This document shows positions 50,774 through 61,050 of a DNA stretch of 64,000 nucleotides, piece after piece (positions within the stretch are counted from its first letter, which is position 1; every line of letters starts with the position of its first letter). The notes below the pieces were generated by a model, which was given only the letters and a program-made list of their open reading frames with translations, did not search any database and was not told where the DNA came from. Source of the DNA: an uncultured Chlamydiae bacterium (GTDB taxonomy: Bacteria > Chlamydiota > Chlamydiia > Chlamydiales > Parachlamydiaceae); NCBI GenBank assembly GCA_963754655.1, contig CAVWGN010000001.1:1920001-1984000 (forward strand). The letters run 5' to 3'. The translations under genes and the position numbers were made by a program.

Positions 50774-51514
50774 ATGACCTTTCCTATTGCACGCCCCCCT
50801 TGGACCGCTCTCGGCAAACGTTTAGAAAGCACTCTTCGCAAGGCTTTATTTGACTTTGAAATGCTCAAAGATGTGTCAAAATTGGCAGTTGCTCTCAGTG
50901 GCGGTAAAGACAGCTTGACTCTTTTATTTCTATTGAAGGCCATTGCGGGACGCGGCTTTCCCAATTTCGATCTTTATGCCATTTATGTTTCAGGAGAATT
51001 CTCTTGCGGAGCTGGAGTTGATGAGGATTACTTGCGAGGCATTTGTGAAGAATTAGGAGTCCATTTTCTCACTCGCTCCTCTTCTCAGAAAAGAGAAACC
51101 TTGGAATGCTATAGTTGCTCGCGTGAGAGAAGGCGTTTACTTTTTGAAGCTGCTAAAAGCGTTGGTACAACGACAATTGCTTTTGGACATCATCGCGACG
51201 ATCAAGCGCAAACTGTCTTGATGAACCTTCTACATAAAGCTGAATTTGCGGGCAATTTACCTAAAATTCATATGCAAGAATATGGTGTGACAATTATCCG
51301 TCCATTGATTTATATAGCAGAGCAAGATATTCGAACATTTGCCCAGCAACAAGGATTTGCCCGTGTTGTTTGCCGTTGCCCAGTCGGACAAAACTCTATG
51401 CGCAAGCAAACCGATCAACTTTTAAGCGAAATTGAAACAATTTTTCCAAATGCGCGTGAAAATATTGCCCAAGCTGGGCTAATATATGGATCTCAAAAAG
51501 CAGCGATCCCTTAA
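50774..51514 (+). CDS. ttcA: tRNA 2-thiocytidine biosynthesis protein TtcA family
   Basis: SGGKDS, CYSC, GHHRDD, IRPL, CRCP. Confidence 0.9.
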   Translation: MTFPIARPPWTALGKRLESTLRKALFDFEMLKDVSKLAVALSGGKDSLTLLFLLKAIAGRGFPNFDLYAIYVSGEFSCGAGVDEDYLRGICEELGVHFLTRSSSQKRETLECYSCSRERRRLLFEAAKSVGTTTIAFGHHRDDQAQTVLMNLLHKAEFAGNLPKIHMQEYGVTIIRPLIYIAEQDIRTFAQQQGFARVVCRCPVGQNSMRKQTDQLLSEIETIFPNARENIAQAGLIYGSQKAAIP

Positions 51515-51550
51515 CAACCCAAGCGTTGGATTCTTTCTCCATTTGCGTAA

Positions 51551-52447
51551 ATGGCGAAAAAACCAAAAATCAGGTTAAAAATGGAGCCATTTATGACTGA
51601 TTCTATCCCAAGTGAACATGAAAGCCGGGTCAACATCCAGGGAATTGAGATTGCCTTGGGATTTCCAGATGAATTTAAATTTGAATGGATTGGCCAGCGT
51701 GATGTATTGGAACAGTTATTGGCCGCATGGTTAGTCATTGATAAAAATGATATTCCCCTTAATCCACGTTTGATTGGCAAACCGGGTGTAGGAAAAACAA
51801 CCTTGGCTTATGCGGCTGCCAAAAAACTCAATAAACACGTGTATATTTTTCAGTGCACCATGGATACTCGCCCTGAAGATCTTTTAATTACTCCTGTCGT
51901 TGATAAAGGAGGTGGAATTCGCTATGTGGCTTCAGCCCTTGTCACCGCCATGATTCGCGGAGGTGTATGCATTTTAGATGAAGCCAATCGCATGAGCGAA
52001 AAATCATGGGCCTCCTTGGCGCCCCTACTAGACACAAGACGCTATATTGAATCCATTGTTGCAGGGCTTAAGGTCTCAGCTCATCCTGAATTTCGCATTT
52101 GCGTGACAATGAATGATGACGCCTCTACTTTTGAGATCCCAGAATACATTCACAGCCGCTTGCAGCCTCAAATTTATCTCGACTTTCCTGAGGCAGAAGA
52201 GGAGCGCCGCATCTTAAAAGAAAATCTTCCCTTTGTTGACGAGTATATTTTAGAGTATGTAGTTAACTTTTTACAACGCGCCCATGCGCAACACGAGAAT
52301 TACACTATTCGAGACGGCATCAATATTGCGCGCTATGCTGCCAAGCGCATTAAAAGCTTAAATAGTAGTAGAGGCAATTTTGAAAACTTACTTCGCGAGG
52401 CCATCCTCATGACTTTAGGTGATGAAGCTTTAGCTCATATTCTTTAA
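51551..52447 (+). CDS. MoxR/CbbQ-like AAA+ ATPase
   Basis: GKPGVGKT, ILDEANR, SRL. Confidence 0.9.
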   Translation: MAKKPKIRLKMEPFMTDSIPSEHESRVNIQGIEIALGFPDEFKFEWIGQRDVLEQLLAAWLVIDKNDIPLNPRLIGKPGVGKTTLAYAAAKKLNKHVYIFQCTMDTRPEDLLITPVVDKGGGIRYVASALVTAMIRGGVCILDEANRMSEKSWASLAPLLDTRRYIESIVAGLKVSAHPEFRICVTMNDDASTFEIPEYIHSRLQPQIYLDFPEAEEERRILKENLPFVDEYILEYVVNFLQRAHAQHENYTIRDGINIARYAAKRIKSLNSSRGNFENLLREAILMTLGDEALAHIL

Positions 52448-52467
52448 AAAGTCTCTTTCATGCCTAG

Positions 52468-52625
52468 TACTCAACCACATTAGTTTTGTGTATTTAGATT
52501 GCTTGAAAGCTCCCGCGGTTGAATTGGCGTAAGTGGGTCCATATTGCTAATATTGACCCACTTACGCCAATTCAACCCCGGGGCTTTGAAGCAGTCTAAA
52601 TACACAAAACTAATGTGGTTGAGTA
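52468..52625. mobile_element. 158-bp palindromic MITE (family A), flanked by CTAG
   Basis: Near-identical to 3992-4149. Confidence 0.92.
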
Positions 52626-52685
52626 CTAGCTATAACCTGATCTTTCAGGCTGTAAGGCTTTACAAAACTTAGAAGAGTTTCTTTC

Positions 52686-54515
52686 ATGTCTGATTATGAC
52701 CCTTACTTTTTGCAAAAAGGACATCTTTATGCTGTTCCCGTCATTCATTACAACATGGAAATGGCCGCTCAAGTCAAGTTAGCTTTTGATACGCTTAAAC
52801 CTGATTGCGTAGCAGTCGAGCTTCCGGAAACCATGCAGACTAAAATCCTTCATGCAGCTTCTCGCCTTCCTGATATTAGCATTGTTTTGACCTACGAAAC
52901 AGATCATTCGCCTATTTATTTCATGTGCGAACCTTGCGATCCCCTATTCGAAGCCTTGCGTAGCGCATCGGAATCACAAGTCGATGCTTATTGCATCGAT
53001 TTAGATATCGCCCAATATCCAGAATTCCGTGATCCCATTCCCGACCCTTATGCAATTCAACGCCTAGGACTGAAGCTTTACTATGAAATGTATGCTCAGG
53101 CACAGCTTAAAAGCTTAATTTTTCCTAATCCTCTTGATCAGAAGAGGGAAATTTACATGGCGCGCCGCCTCAAAGAACTTTGCTTGCGTTACGACCGTGT
53201 TCTATTTATTGGCGGCATGGCACATATTGCCTCTATTCTAAAATTGATGGATCAATCTTCCTTTCCTGATTTTCAACACACTAATCGCGAAGTCGTTGAG
53301 CTTTGTACACTCACTTCAGAATCTTGCCGCGACGTCTTAGCCGAATGGGGATATTTATCCACTCAGTATGAAAAAAGACGCGAAAAGATTGTGCAGGAGG
53401 GCACACCAGATCGTCAAAAAATCATTCTTCAGCTCTATCGTCAAGCAGCAGAGAACTATATCGAACATACAGGAAATGTTTTTCCTGGATATCACTTGCG
53501 AAACATCATGAAGTTTGTGCGCAATTATGCTTTAATTAACGGACAGCTCATGCCCGATTTGTTTAAGATTTTAACAGCTGGAAAGGGATGTGTAGACCAT
53601 AATTATGCTTATGAGGTGTGGGAACTCGCAACCTTTTATCCCCATCACCGTAATGTAGATGGATTACCTGAACTTGACTTATCAATTGAAGAGATTTGGG
53701 GACACAGTAAATTGATTCACTTTCATCTCAAAGAAAAAGGACGCAAAAATTCTGTGTTCCCAAAGCTCAGAAAAGATCGTACAAGTTTTCGTTTTCGTCC
53801 TCCTAGTCCCTTTGCAATTTGCTCTTATCCGCCAGAAGATGTAGCCATAGAAAATTTTGGCAACTTCCTCAAAAAAAAGGGATTGCAAATCTTAACAGAA
53901 GAAGGAGCCCGCACGATTCCCTTTTGCACAAGCATCGAAGATGGAATTGATATTAAGGAAACCATTAGGCACTGGTACGAAAAAAAACTCTACGTCAAAA
54001 CAAGAGGAAAGCCTCCTGCAGGAGTTGGATCAATTTGCATGATTTTTGATGAGGACAAACCAGAAGAAGGCAAAGTATATCGTGAAAAATATCCATGGCG
54101 TACAACCTGGCTAGGAGAACATCAACAAGAATCAGATATGGCCTTTTATGCAACCCCACTTTCACAAAATATTGTAGGACCTGGCATTAGCCGATGTGAG
54201 TATGGAGGCTTCATGATGTCGTATCCGCCTAGACGCTTAAGTAATGTCTGGATGGATCCCGACTACCAAGAATGCCGCACTAAAGCAGAAGTTCTCCTAA
54301 TGGCTGCCATTGATTATGCTGTAAAGCCTATTATCGTCTATGTAGCCGCCACTCCACCTCGTAGCCTAATCAAAAGCTTTGCACGCCGATTTGGCAAAAA
54401 GATTGTTTACATCCCCATTGGGCAGCTATCACCCATTACATTGAATAAATTACGCGCTTTCCACGTTTTAGATGGTCATGATAAACGGGAAATTGCTGAT
54501 GAATACATTTATTAG
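52686..54515 (+). CDS. Conserved hypothetical protein, possibly TraB/Tiki-like N-domain, AAA partner
   Basis: 609 aa; PVIH, VAVELP, REIYMARRL, GGMAH motifs. Confidence 0.7.
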   Translation: MSDYDPYFLQKGHLYAVPVIHYNMEMAAQVKLAFDTLKPDCVAVELPETMQTKILHAASRLPDISIVLTYETDHSPIYFMCEPCDPLFEALRSASESQVDAYCIDLDIAQYPEFRDPIPDPYAIQRLGLKLYYEMYAQAQLKSLIFPNPLDQKREIYMARRLKELCLRYDRVLFIGGMAHIASILKLMDQSSFPDFQHTNREVVELCTLTSESCRDVLAEWGYLSTQYEKRREKIVQEGTPDRQKIILQLYRQAAENYIEHTGNVFPGYHLRNIMKFVRNYALINGQLMPDLFKILTAGKGCVDHNYAYEVWELATFYPHHRNVDGLPELDLSIEEIWGHSKLIHFHLKEKGRKNSVFPKLRKDRTSFRFRPPSPFAICSYPPEDVAIENFGNFLKKKGLQILTEEGARTIPFCTSIEDGIDIKETIRHWYEKKLYVKTRGKPPAGVGSICMIFDEDKPEEGKVYREKYPWRTTWLGEHQQESDMAFYATPLSQNIVGPGISRCEYGGFMMSYPPRRLSNVWMDPDYQECRTKAEVLLMAAIDYAVKPIIVYVAATPPRSLIKSFARRFGKKIVYIPIGQLSPITLNKLRAFHVLDGHDKREIADEYIY

Positions 54516-54562
54516 ACTCACCTATAAAATGATAATGGCCTATTATTAGTTTTAAAAAAGAG

Positions 54563-55594
54563 CTATTGCAGTCGAGACATAGCTAACGAAATTCCCTTTT
54601 TTAAGAGTTGGATTCTTTCTTTTAATGCGCATGGCAAAGAGGTTTGTTGATGAAGATCTTCCACATGATCTAAAAGTCCCTCTAATCGAGCCAATAGAAA
54701 CTGTTTATCAGTTTCATCTACCAAATGAAGATGGGTCAAATCAGAATGAATGTGATGCAATTCTCGCTCCATAAAAATAATTTCCCCTTCCATTTCAACA
54801 AAAGCTGTCCAATCTTTTGTATCATCCACATTCACAACATCTTTCATCACCTGGTCAATTTTCATGAGAAGCTGGTCAAAACAAGCCTCGCGCCGCTCCT
54901 GTAAATTTGCAATCCATTCCGATGCCTGCTTGAGAGATATCTGCTCTTTAGCTTCATTGCGCAAATTCATTAATTGCTTCAAAGGCTCCTCGATGGCATG
55001 CGCCAGACGCTCTTCCACATTTTTGAAAGCTTCACTTTCTGGAGGGACAAGCGACAGCGATTGCGTCTGATAATCTTGCGCTACTTTAATATCTTTATCG
55101 ATTAAATACTTAGTTCGATCAGCAACTATTTCTAAGATCCTATTAACCAAACCTTTGCGATCATTCAATTGATGATATAGCCGCACCCAATGCGTAGCTT
55201 CCTCATCCCATTCAGTTAAAGGAGTGTGATCAAAATTTTCTAATTTATTATCGAGTTTATGCTTCAAATGTTCAGCGTCGCTAATCAATCCATCTAAAAC
55301 ATCTTGGGCAATGGGCAAAATCCAACTATCAAAATGCTTCAAGATCAATTTTTTTTGCTCATTAAATTGATCTATAATAGTAGAAGCTGTACTCTTTAAG
55401 TCTTGCAGACGATTTAATAAGACTTGATCAATCACACGTGCCTGCTCAGTCAACTCTGGCATTTTCCGAATTTGTGTATACAGGCGCTTGATCGATTCCC
55501 CAGAACTAAAATTGGTACTAGGAGTCTTAGGAGTCTTCTTTTCGTCTGGTTTTTTAGATTCAGGCAAAGGAATCATAAGACCCAATAATATCAT
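54563..55594 (-). CDS. Hypothetical coiled-coil protein
   Basis: 343-aa helical ORF. Confidence 0.75.
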   Translation of the reverse strand: MILLGLMIPLPESKKPDEKKTPKTPSTNFSSGESIKRLYTQIRKMPELTEQARVIDQVLLNRLQDLKSTASTIIDQFNEQKKLILKHFDSWILPIAQDVLDGLISDAEHLKHKLDNKLENFDHTPLTEWDEEATHWVRLYHQLNDRKGLVNRILEIVADRTKYLIDKDIKVAQDYQTQSLSLVPPESEAFKNVEERLAHAIEEPLKQLMNLRNEAKEQISLKQASEWIANLQERREACFDQLLMKIDQVMKDVVNVDDTKDWTAFVEMEGEIIFMERELHHIHSDLTHLHLVDETDKQFLLARLEGLLDHVEDLHQQTSLPCALKERIQLLKKGISLAMSRLQ

Positions 55595-55721
55595 GTTATC
55601 TATAATCTATATAGAATTATATTATACATGAAATTAATTTTGAATGATTAATTAAACTAAAAAAAATAATACTCATAAAAAACTTCAAATAATTAATAGC
55701 TATTCTATAAGGAAAAGAATA

Positions 55722-56531
55722 ATGATTAAGCGACCATTTATTTTAGTGACAAATGACGATGGAGTGTATGCCCCTGGAATTAAACATTTATGGCAAGTTT
55801 TATCCGAAAGTGCTGATATTTGCGTGGTAGCACCTGCAAGTGAGCAATCCGCTGTGAGTTTATCCATCACTATTCGCCATCCTTTACGCATTGAAAAAAT
55901 TGAGTGGCCTTTTGCAGAAGCCAACGTATGGTCGGTCAATGGAACGCCTGCCGACTGTGTCAAGCTGGCCTTGAATGTCATTTTGCCACAGGTTCCTCAG
56001 TTAATTGTTTCTGGGATCAATCGTGGAAGCAACGCTGGACGCAATGTTCTCTATAGCGGCACTGTAGCAGCCGTCATTGAAGGAGTCATGCATCATATTC
56101 CAGGCATAGCCCTTTCAGTAGTTGATTACTTTAATCCAGATTATGAAAAAGTAAAATCTTACATCCCCACTGTTATTGATTATCTTTTAAGGCATCCTTT
56201 GCCAAAGGGAACTTTTCTCAATGTCAATTTTCCTACACACACGGAAACAGGAATCAAAGGCATTCGTTTTGCAAAGCAGGGTAAGGAATATTGGGCTGAA
56301 AATCCCGAGCAACGGGAACATCCAGCTGAATGCAGTCCCTATTATTGGCTCGGATCGAAGTTAGCACAATTTGATGAAGATCCTGATAGTGACATTGTCC
56401 TATTAAGAGAAGGCTATGCTACAGCGGTTCCCATTCACATTGGAGATTTAACTCATCATCCCTCTATCAAAGAGTACCGCAACAAATTTGAAAATTTTGT
56501 TAATGATAAATCTGTCTATCTGGGAAAATAA
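55722..56531 (+). CDS. surE: 5'/3'-nucleotidase SurE
   Basis: LVTNDDG, GTPADCV, SGINRGSN, YSGTV. Confidence 0.96.
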   Translation: MIKRPFILVTNDDGVYAPGIKHLWQVLSESADICVVAPASEQSAVSLSITIRHPLRIEKIEWPFAEANVWSVNGTPADCVKLALNVILPQVPQLIVSGINRGSNAGRNVLYSGTVAAVIEGVMHHIPGIALSVVDYFNPDYEKVKSYIPTVIDYLLRHPLPKGTFLNVNFPTHTETGIKGIRFAKQGKEYWAENPEQREHPAECSPYYWLGSKLAQFDEDPDSDIVLLREGYATAVPIHIGDLTHHPSIKEYRNKFENFVNDKSVYLGK

Positions 56532-56549
56532 GTTCGTGGAAAAAGGTCT

Positions 56550-56963
56550 TTAATTTTTTGCATGTTGTTTTTCAAAAGCATCTAATCGATGTAAAGCCTT
56601 TTCTTGACATTTCTCAATGATTTGACGCCCCCCTTCAAGGCGATATAAGCGATTGAGCTCCACGCGCAACTGATCGCTGAGCTCATGGTTATGCCGTATC
56701 TCTTCCCCTTTTTCTACTTCGGGATGGGAAAAGCTAAATTCTTCCGCCGCAATGATAAGGGTGATTAGACGATCAAATTGCCGCTGCAACTTGCCTGAGG
56801 CAGCGAGCAACTGTTCTCGAGTATGAATGCCTTTTAATTCTTGAATAAGAGAGCGGATAACTCCTTCTCCCTCCTCTTGGAAGTCCTCTAAAGAACGGGG
56901 ACCGCAGCTTATGGCAATGAGAAGCAATACAATAAGGAGTAGGATTCTTTTTAAACAGTCCAT
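56550..56963 (-). CDS. Putative lipoprotein
   Basis: Hydrophobic leader ending AISC. Confidence 0.8.
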   Translation of the reverse strand: MDCLKRILLLIVLLLIAISCGPRSLEDFQEEGEGVIRSLIQELKGIHTREQLLAASGKLQRQFDRLITLIIAAEEFSFSHPEVEKGEEIRHNHELSDQLRVELNRLYRLEGGRQIIEKCQEKALHRLDAFEKQHAKN

Positions 56964-57364
56964 AATTTTCTTTTAATGATTTAGCTACGTTAGCAATATA
57001 TGTTAAGCACCAAAAAGGTTTTTAAGGCATTTCCTTGGTTTTTATCCAGCAGGCTGGCCATACAAAGACCCTAAGTCCTTTAAAAGGAAGAAAGGACCAT
57101 CGCCTGCTTTGCTACCCAACCTTCTTTTAAGAGGCGCAATGCCTCATTATAAAATGATGTAATTGACTTACTAGCCTAGCCGGTTTTCCTTAGGATCGCA
57201 AGCAACATAAATAAAGATTGAATGATATTTAAAAAGCGAACTAATGAAATGAAAAACATCTATTTAACAAATAGAAAAAAAAAGATAAGTTATATTTAGA
57301 AAAAAAAGAGAAGTTATATTACAATTAAATTCATCTTTAATTTAAACAATAGGAGAATGATAAA

Positions 57365-57826
57365 ATGGCCATTCATTTTGAAGAGTTAAGAACTCATACT
57401 TGGCAGATATTTTCAGGAATCGTTATTGCAGGGGGAAGTGCTTTTGGTCTAAGAGAAATCTCTCAACTGGGTGTCAAAGGATTTGCTACCTCTTTGGTAA
57501 AGGAAAGGCTTGGATTCACAGAGAATGGTAAATTAGCCTATGTACTGGTCGCTTATAATATTTACCAAATTGCAGATAAAATTTTTCATCGATTAGGTTG
57601 GCAGGAAGAATTACCACGCGGAATAGCAAGTGTAGTCATAGGTGGCATCTCTGGTTTTTCTCTCACTCTGGCGGCAAGACATCATCCAATAGCCGCTTAC
57701 CTAGTGACTGGTCTAACAGCTTTACAATTAGGATTATGGACAATTCTCGGAGTATGCTTAATTTCGGAGGGATTGAAGGGAACGATTCATGCTTGTTCCT
57801 CTGATTCTACTCCGGCAATTTCTTAG
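57365..57826 (+). CDS. Hypothetical membrane protein
   Basis: AGGAG RBS, several hydrophobic segments. Confidence 0.75.
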   Translation: MAIHFEELRTHTWQIFSGIVIAGGSAFGLREISQLGVKGFATSLVKERLGFTENGKLAYVLVAYNIYQIADKIFHRLGWQEELPRGIASVVIGGISGFSLTLAARHHPIAAYLVTGLTALQLGLWTILGVCLISEGLKGTIHACSSDSTPAIS

Positions 57827-57949
57827 ATCATTGTTTAGAAGTCGCTAAGAAAAATTCGCCCATGGCATGATTTAATGAAATGACATTCTAATTAAAAATT
57901 GGCTTGCACTAAATTCGTTAGATCATTAAAGTATAGGCTTGTTTTGCAA

Positions 57950-58022
57950 GGGCGTATAGCTCAGTTGGTAGAGCTCCTGTCTTACACACAGGCGGTCATA
58001 GGTTCGAGTCCTGTTGCGCCCA
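57950..58022 (+). tRNA. tRNA-Val(TAC)
   Basis: CCTGT-CTTACAC-ACAGG anticodon arm, GTTCGA. Confidence 0.96.
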
Positions 58023-58035
58023 AATATTGCAACTT

Positions 58036-58109
58036 GCGGGAGTAGTTCAATTGGTTAGAGCACCGGCTTGTCACGCCGGAAGTTGCGGGTTCGAGCCCCG
58101 TCTCCCGCG
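58036..58109 (+). tRNA. tRNA-Asp(GTC)
   Basis: CCGGC-TTGTCAC-GCCGG anticodon arm, GTTCGA. Confidence 0.96.
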
Positions 58110-58254
58110 TTCTTTTCAGATAAAGAACCCAGTCCATTATAAGCCATTATCAAGTGCATTTTCAAGCATCCATTCATTACTCTTTCATTTTTCTTGACGG
58201 GCTGCTATCTGTTTTCAGTATAATTAAATTGATTCACCTAGGAATGCTCATATT

Positions 58255-59190
58255 ATGCATGCTTCTCACGCTCCAAAGCGTTCGTGGTTTTCTCAAATTC
58301 TGACATATTTTTTGATGACAATCGGAGCTTTTTTAGCAGCATTTGCTTTAGAAGTCTTTTTTATTCCCAATAATCTCATTGATGGTGGGGTTGTGGGTGT
58401 GGCAATGATATTTGGCAATGTGTTTGGGAAACAAGTCATTCCTTATCTACTCATTTTATTTAATTTGCCTTTTCTCATTTTAGCGTATCGCTCAATAGGC
58501 AAAGTCTTTGTCATCCACATGATTGTGGCAACCCTTTTATTTTCTGGAGCGCTAGTGCTGATTGCCGATGCAATGCCCTTTCAATTTCACGGAGACAGTT
58601 TGGAAGTCGTCGTCGTTGGAGGAGCTATCTTAGGGATTGGCATAGGCTTAATTATACGCGGAGGAGGCTGCCTAGATGGCACAGAAATTTTGGGAATCAT
58701 TATCAATCGACGTGCGGGATTTACAGTTGGACAGGTTGTGTTAGTATGCAATGTTTTTGTCTTTGGAGCAGCAGGCTTGGTTTTTCAAGATTGGCATCCT
58801 CCTTTAATGTCGCTCATTACTTACATTGTTGTGATCAAAATCATGGATTCTGTCATCGTTGGCCTTGATGAAACTAAATCGGTACTTATTATTTCATCTA
58901 AATCAAAAATCATTGCGGATGCAATTATTCATGAACTTGGACTAGGTTTGACAATCATGTATGGAAGGGGAGGATTTTCAGGCGATGAACGCGAAATCTT
59001 ATATGTCATTGCCGAGCGCTTACAATTAGCTGAATTAAAAGATCTTATTTTGCGTGAAGATCGCTATGCGTTTATTGCGATTGAAAACTTGCATGAAGTT
59101 GCCAATGGCAAACCTTCCAAGCCTAAAATGACTCGCATTGAGCATATTTTTTCCAGTCTTGTACAAAAGCAACCCCAACCAGAAGAATGA
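58255..59190 (+). CDS. YitT family membrane protein
   Basis: PNNLIDGGVVG, NLPFL, GGCLDGTEI, DUF2179-like C-terminus. Confidence 0.92.
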   Translation: MHASHAPKRSWFSQILTYFLMTIGAFLAAFALEVFFIPNNLIDGGVVGVAMIFGNVFGKQVIPYLLILFNLPFLILAYRSIGKVFVIHMIVATLLFSGALVLIADAMPFQFHGDSLEVVVVGGAILGIGIGLIIRGGGCLDGTEILGIIINRRAGFTVGQVVLVCNVFVFGAAGLVFQDWHPPLMSLITYIVVIKIMDSVIVGLDETKSVLIISSKSKIIADAIIHELGLGLTIMYGRGGFSGDEREILYVIAERLQLAELKDLILREDRYAFIAIENLHEVANGKPSKPKMTRIEHIFSSLVQKQPQPEE

Positions 59191-59239
59191 AAGAAGGGAG
59201 ATCTTAAGATATGTCCTTGGCAAAACTCTATGAGGCACT

Positions 59240-59929
59240 ATGATACAATATCAAGGCAATCAAGAAGATGATAAACAACTCTTTACGCATGATTCTTGGC
59301 GTGTTTTCCGAATCATTTCTGAATTTGTCGACGGTTTTGAAACCATGACAAATTTAGGACCCTCGGTTTCTATTTTTGGATCAGCACGTCTTCCTCCCGA
59401 GTCTCTTTATTACAATTTAGCTGTTGATGTTGCACGACTTATTGCGAGCAAAGGATTTGCCATTATTACAGGGGGCGGACCTGGAATCATGGAAGCTGCC
59501 AATAAAGGAGCTCAGGAAGCTAAAGGACATTCTTGTGGGCTGGCCATTGATCTGCCCTTTGAAACAGAACCTAATCGATTCATCGACCCCAAATATCGCC
59601 TCACTTTTCGCTACTTTTTTATTCGCAAAGTCATGTTTATTCGCTACGCACAAGGATACGTTTTCCTTCCAGGTGGATTCGGAACACTGGATGAGCTTTT
59701 TGAAGCTTTGACTCTCATTCAAACACAAAAAATCAAAGCTTTCCCTATTTACTTAATGGGAAAAGCTTATTGGGTGGAAATGATTAAATGGATTGAAGAA
59801 ACTATGCTTGTCCATGGATGTATCTCAAAAGAAGATTTTAACATGTTTCTCATAACTGATGACCCAGAAGAAGTGGCCAATGGGATTGAACGTCACTATC
59901 AGAGAGATCGAGCAATGAGAAACTTTTAG
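59240..59929 (+). CDS. LOG family (TIGR00730) protein
   Basis: FGSAR, TGGGPGIMEA, PGGFGTLDELFE. Confidence 0.93.
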   Translation: MIQYQGNQEDDKQLFTHDSWRVFRIISEFVDGFETMTNLGPSVSIFGSARLPPESLYYNLAVDVARLIASKGFAIITGGGPGIMEAANKGAQEAKGHSCGLAIDLPFETEPNRFIDPKYRLTFRYFFIRKVMFIRYAQGYVFLPGGFGTLDELFEALTLIQTQKIKAFPIYLMGKAYWVEMIKWIEETMLVHGCISKEDFNMFLITDDPEEVANGIERHYQRDRAMRNF

Positions 59930-60081
59930 TAGGAATAGTTGAAATTCGGCTTTAAAATTCTAGCGGTTGAATCAGAGAAGAGCATAACAGTTCTTTTCTT
60001 TTTCCCATAAATATAGTGAGTTAAATTTAATTTTTTCACTTGGCTTTTAAAAGAGATTCTTTTAACTGATGGCTCAGAATC

Positions 60082-60228
60082 CAGAGTATTTTTCTAAAAA
60101 ATTTGACACTGGCAGCCCTTCAGGCTGCATGACGCAACTCACTTATAACTAGGGCCTTGCCCCATAAGCATCAAGCTAAGAGATGAGCGTAGGCTACGCG
60201 GCGACTGAAGGCGTCGCGTAGCCTACGT
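60082..60228. repeat. Chimeric repeat remnant: family P left arm joined to the family A cargo module
   Basis: TTTGACACTGGCAGCCCTTCAGGCTGCATGAC followed by TAAGAGATGAGCGTAGGCTACGCG...CGCGTAGCCTACG. Confidence 0.7.
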
Positions 60229-60521
60229 TTCTTTTCAATTTCTATATTTTATTCTTGTTGCAATTTGAATAGATTTATCATTCTCCTTCTTATTTAAAGG
60301 GAGTGTGCTTTAAAAAAATTAATTAACTACTAAATATTAGCATGGAATACAGTTTTAAATTAAATAGAGTTTAGATTCAATAAAATAAATTCTAAAACAA
60401 CTACCTTAACAAATCTATTTTGTTTTAATTTTTTTTAAGCAAAAATTTCAGTAATAGTCAATTGCACATACAAAAAGAAAAAGAAAAAGAAGAAAAATCA
60501 ATAATTTTTTCGCCATCAGAT

Positions 60522-60550
60522 TTGACAAACATTAAAGTAAAAAATATAAT
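60522..60550 (+). promoter_or_regulatory. Perfect consensus sigma70 promoter
   Basis: TTGACA-17 bp-TATAAT. Confidence 0.7.
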
Positions 60551-60651
60551 AAGATTATTGCAACGTGAAAAAGCACAATTCATATTTAAGGATAAATAAA
60601 ATTGCAAAATTGAGAATTATATAAATTCTTAAGCTTAACCAAAGGTGAGAT

Positions 60652-60972
60652 ATGAAAGAGGGAAAGTCTAGTCAAGAAAAACTAAAACGTAGTGCAGAGG
60701 ATTGGGTAGCTATTGCAAGAAATTTTGGTGAGAAGTGTGTTGAAATTCAAAAAGAATCGACATTAAATATCGATCAAAAACTTGAAAAGCAAAAGGCTTT
60801 AGGAAAAGAAATGGCTAAAGAAATACAAGCCGATCCCCATTTAAAAGACGAAGATAAGCAGCAAATGATTCATTCTATCAATAACTATATGGATGAATGG
60901 AAAACGATGCATGATGTGATTCATAAAGAACCAAACCCTAAAAGCCTGGGAAAGAAAAAAGAGAAGGAATAG
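60652..60972 (+). CDS. Hypothetical charged protein
   Basis: 106 aa, RBS AAGGTGA, promoter upstream, hairpin downstream. Confidence 0.75.
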   Translation: MKEGKSSQEKLKRSAEDWVAIARNFGEKCVEIQKESTLNIDQKLEKQKALGKEMAKEIQADPHLKDEDKQQMIHSINNYMDEWKTMHDVIHKEPNPKSLGKKKEKE

Positions 60973-60992
60973 CGACTCAGCCCAATCCTAAC

Positions 60993-61020
60993 GCTCCCTT
61001 GTCAATCCATCCAAGGGAGC
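60993..61020. terminator. Hairpin between convergent genes
   Basis: GCTCCCTTG...CAAGGGAGC. Confidence 0.55.
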
Positions 61021-61050
61021 ATAAAAAGAAACAAATGCTTGGGATGGCAG

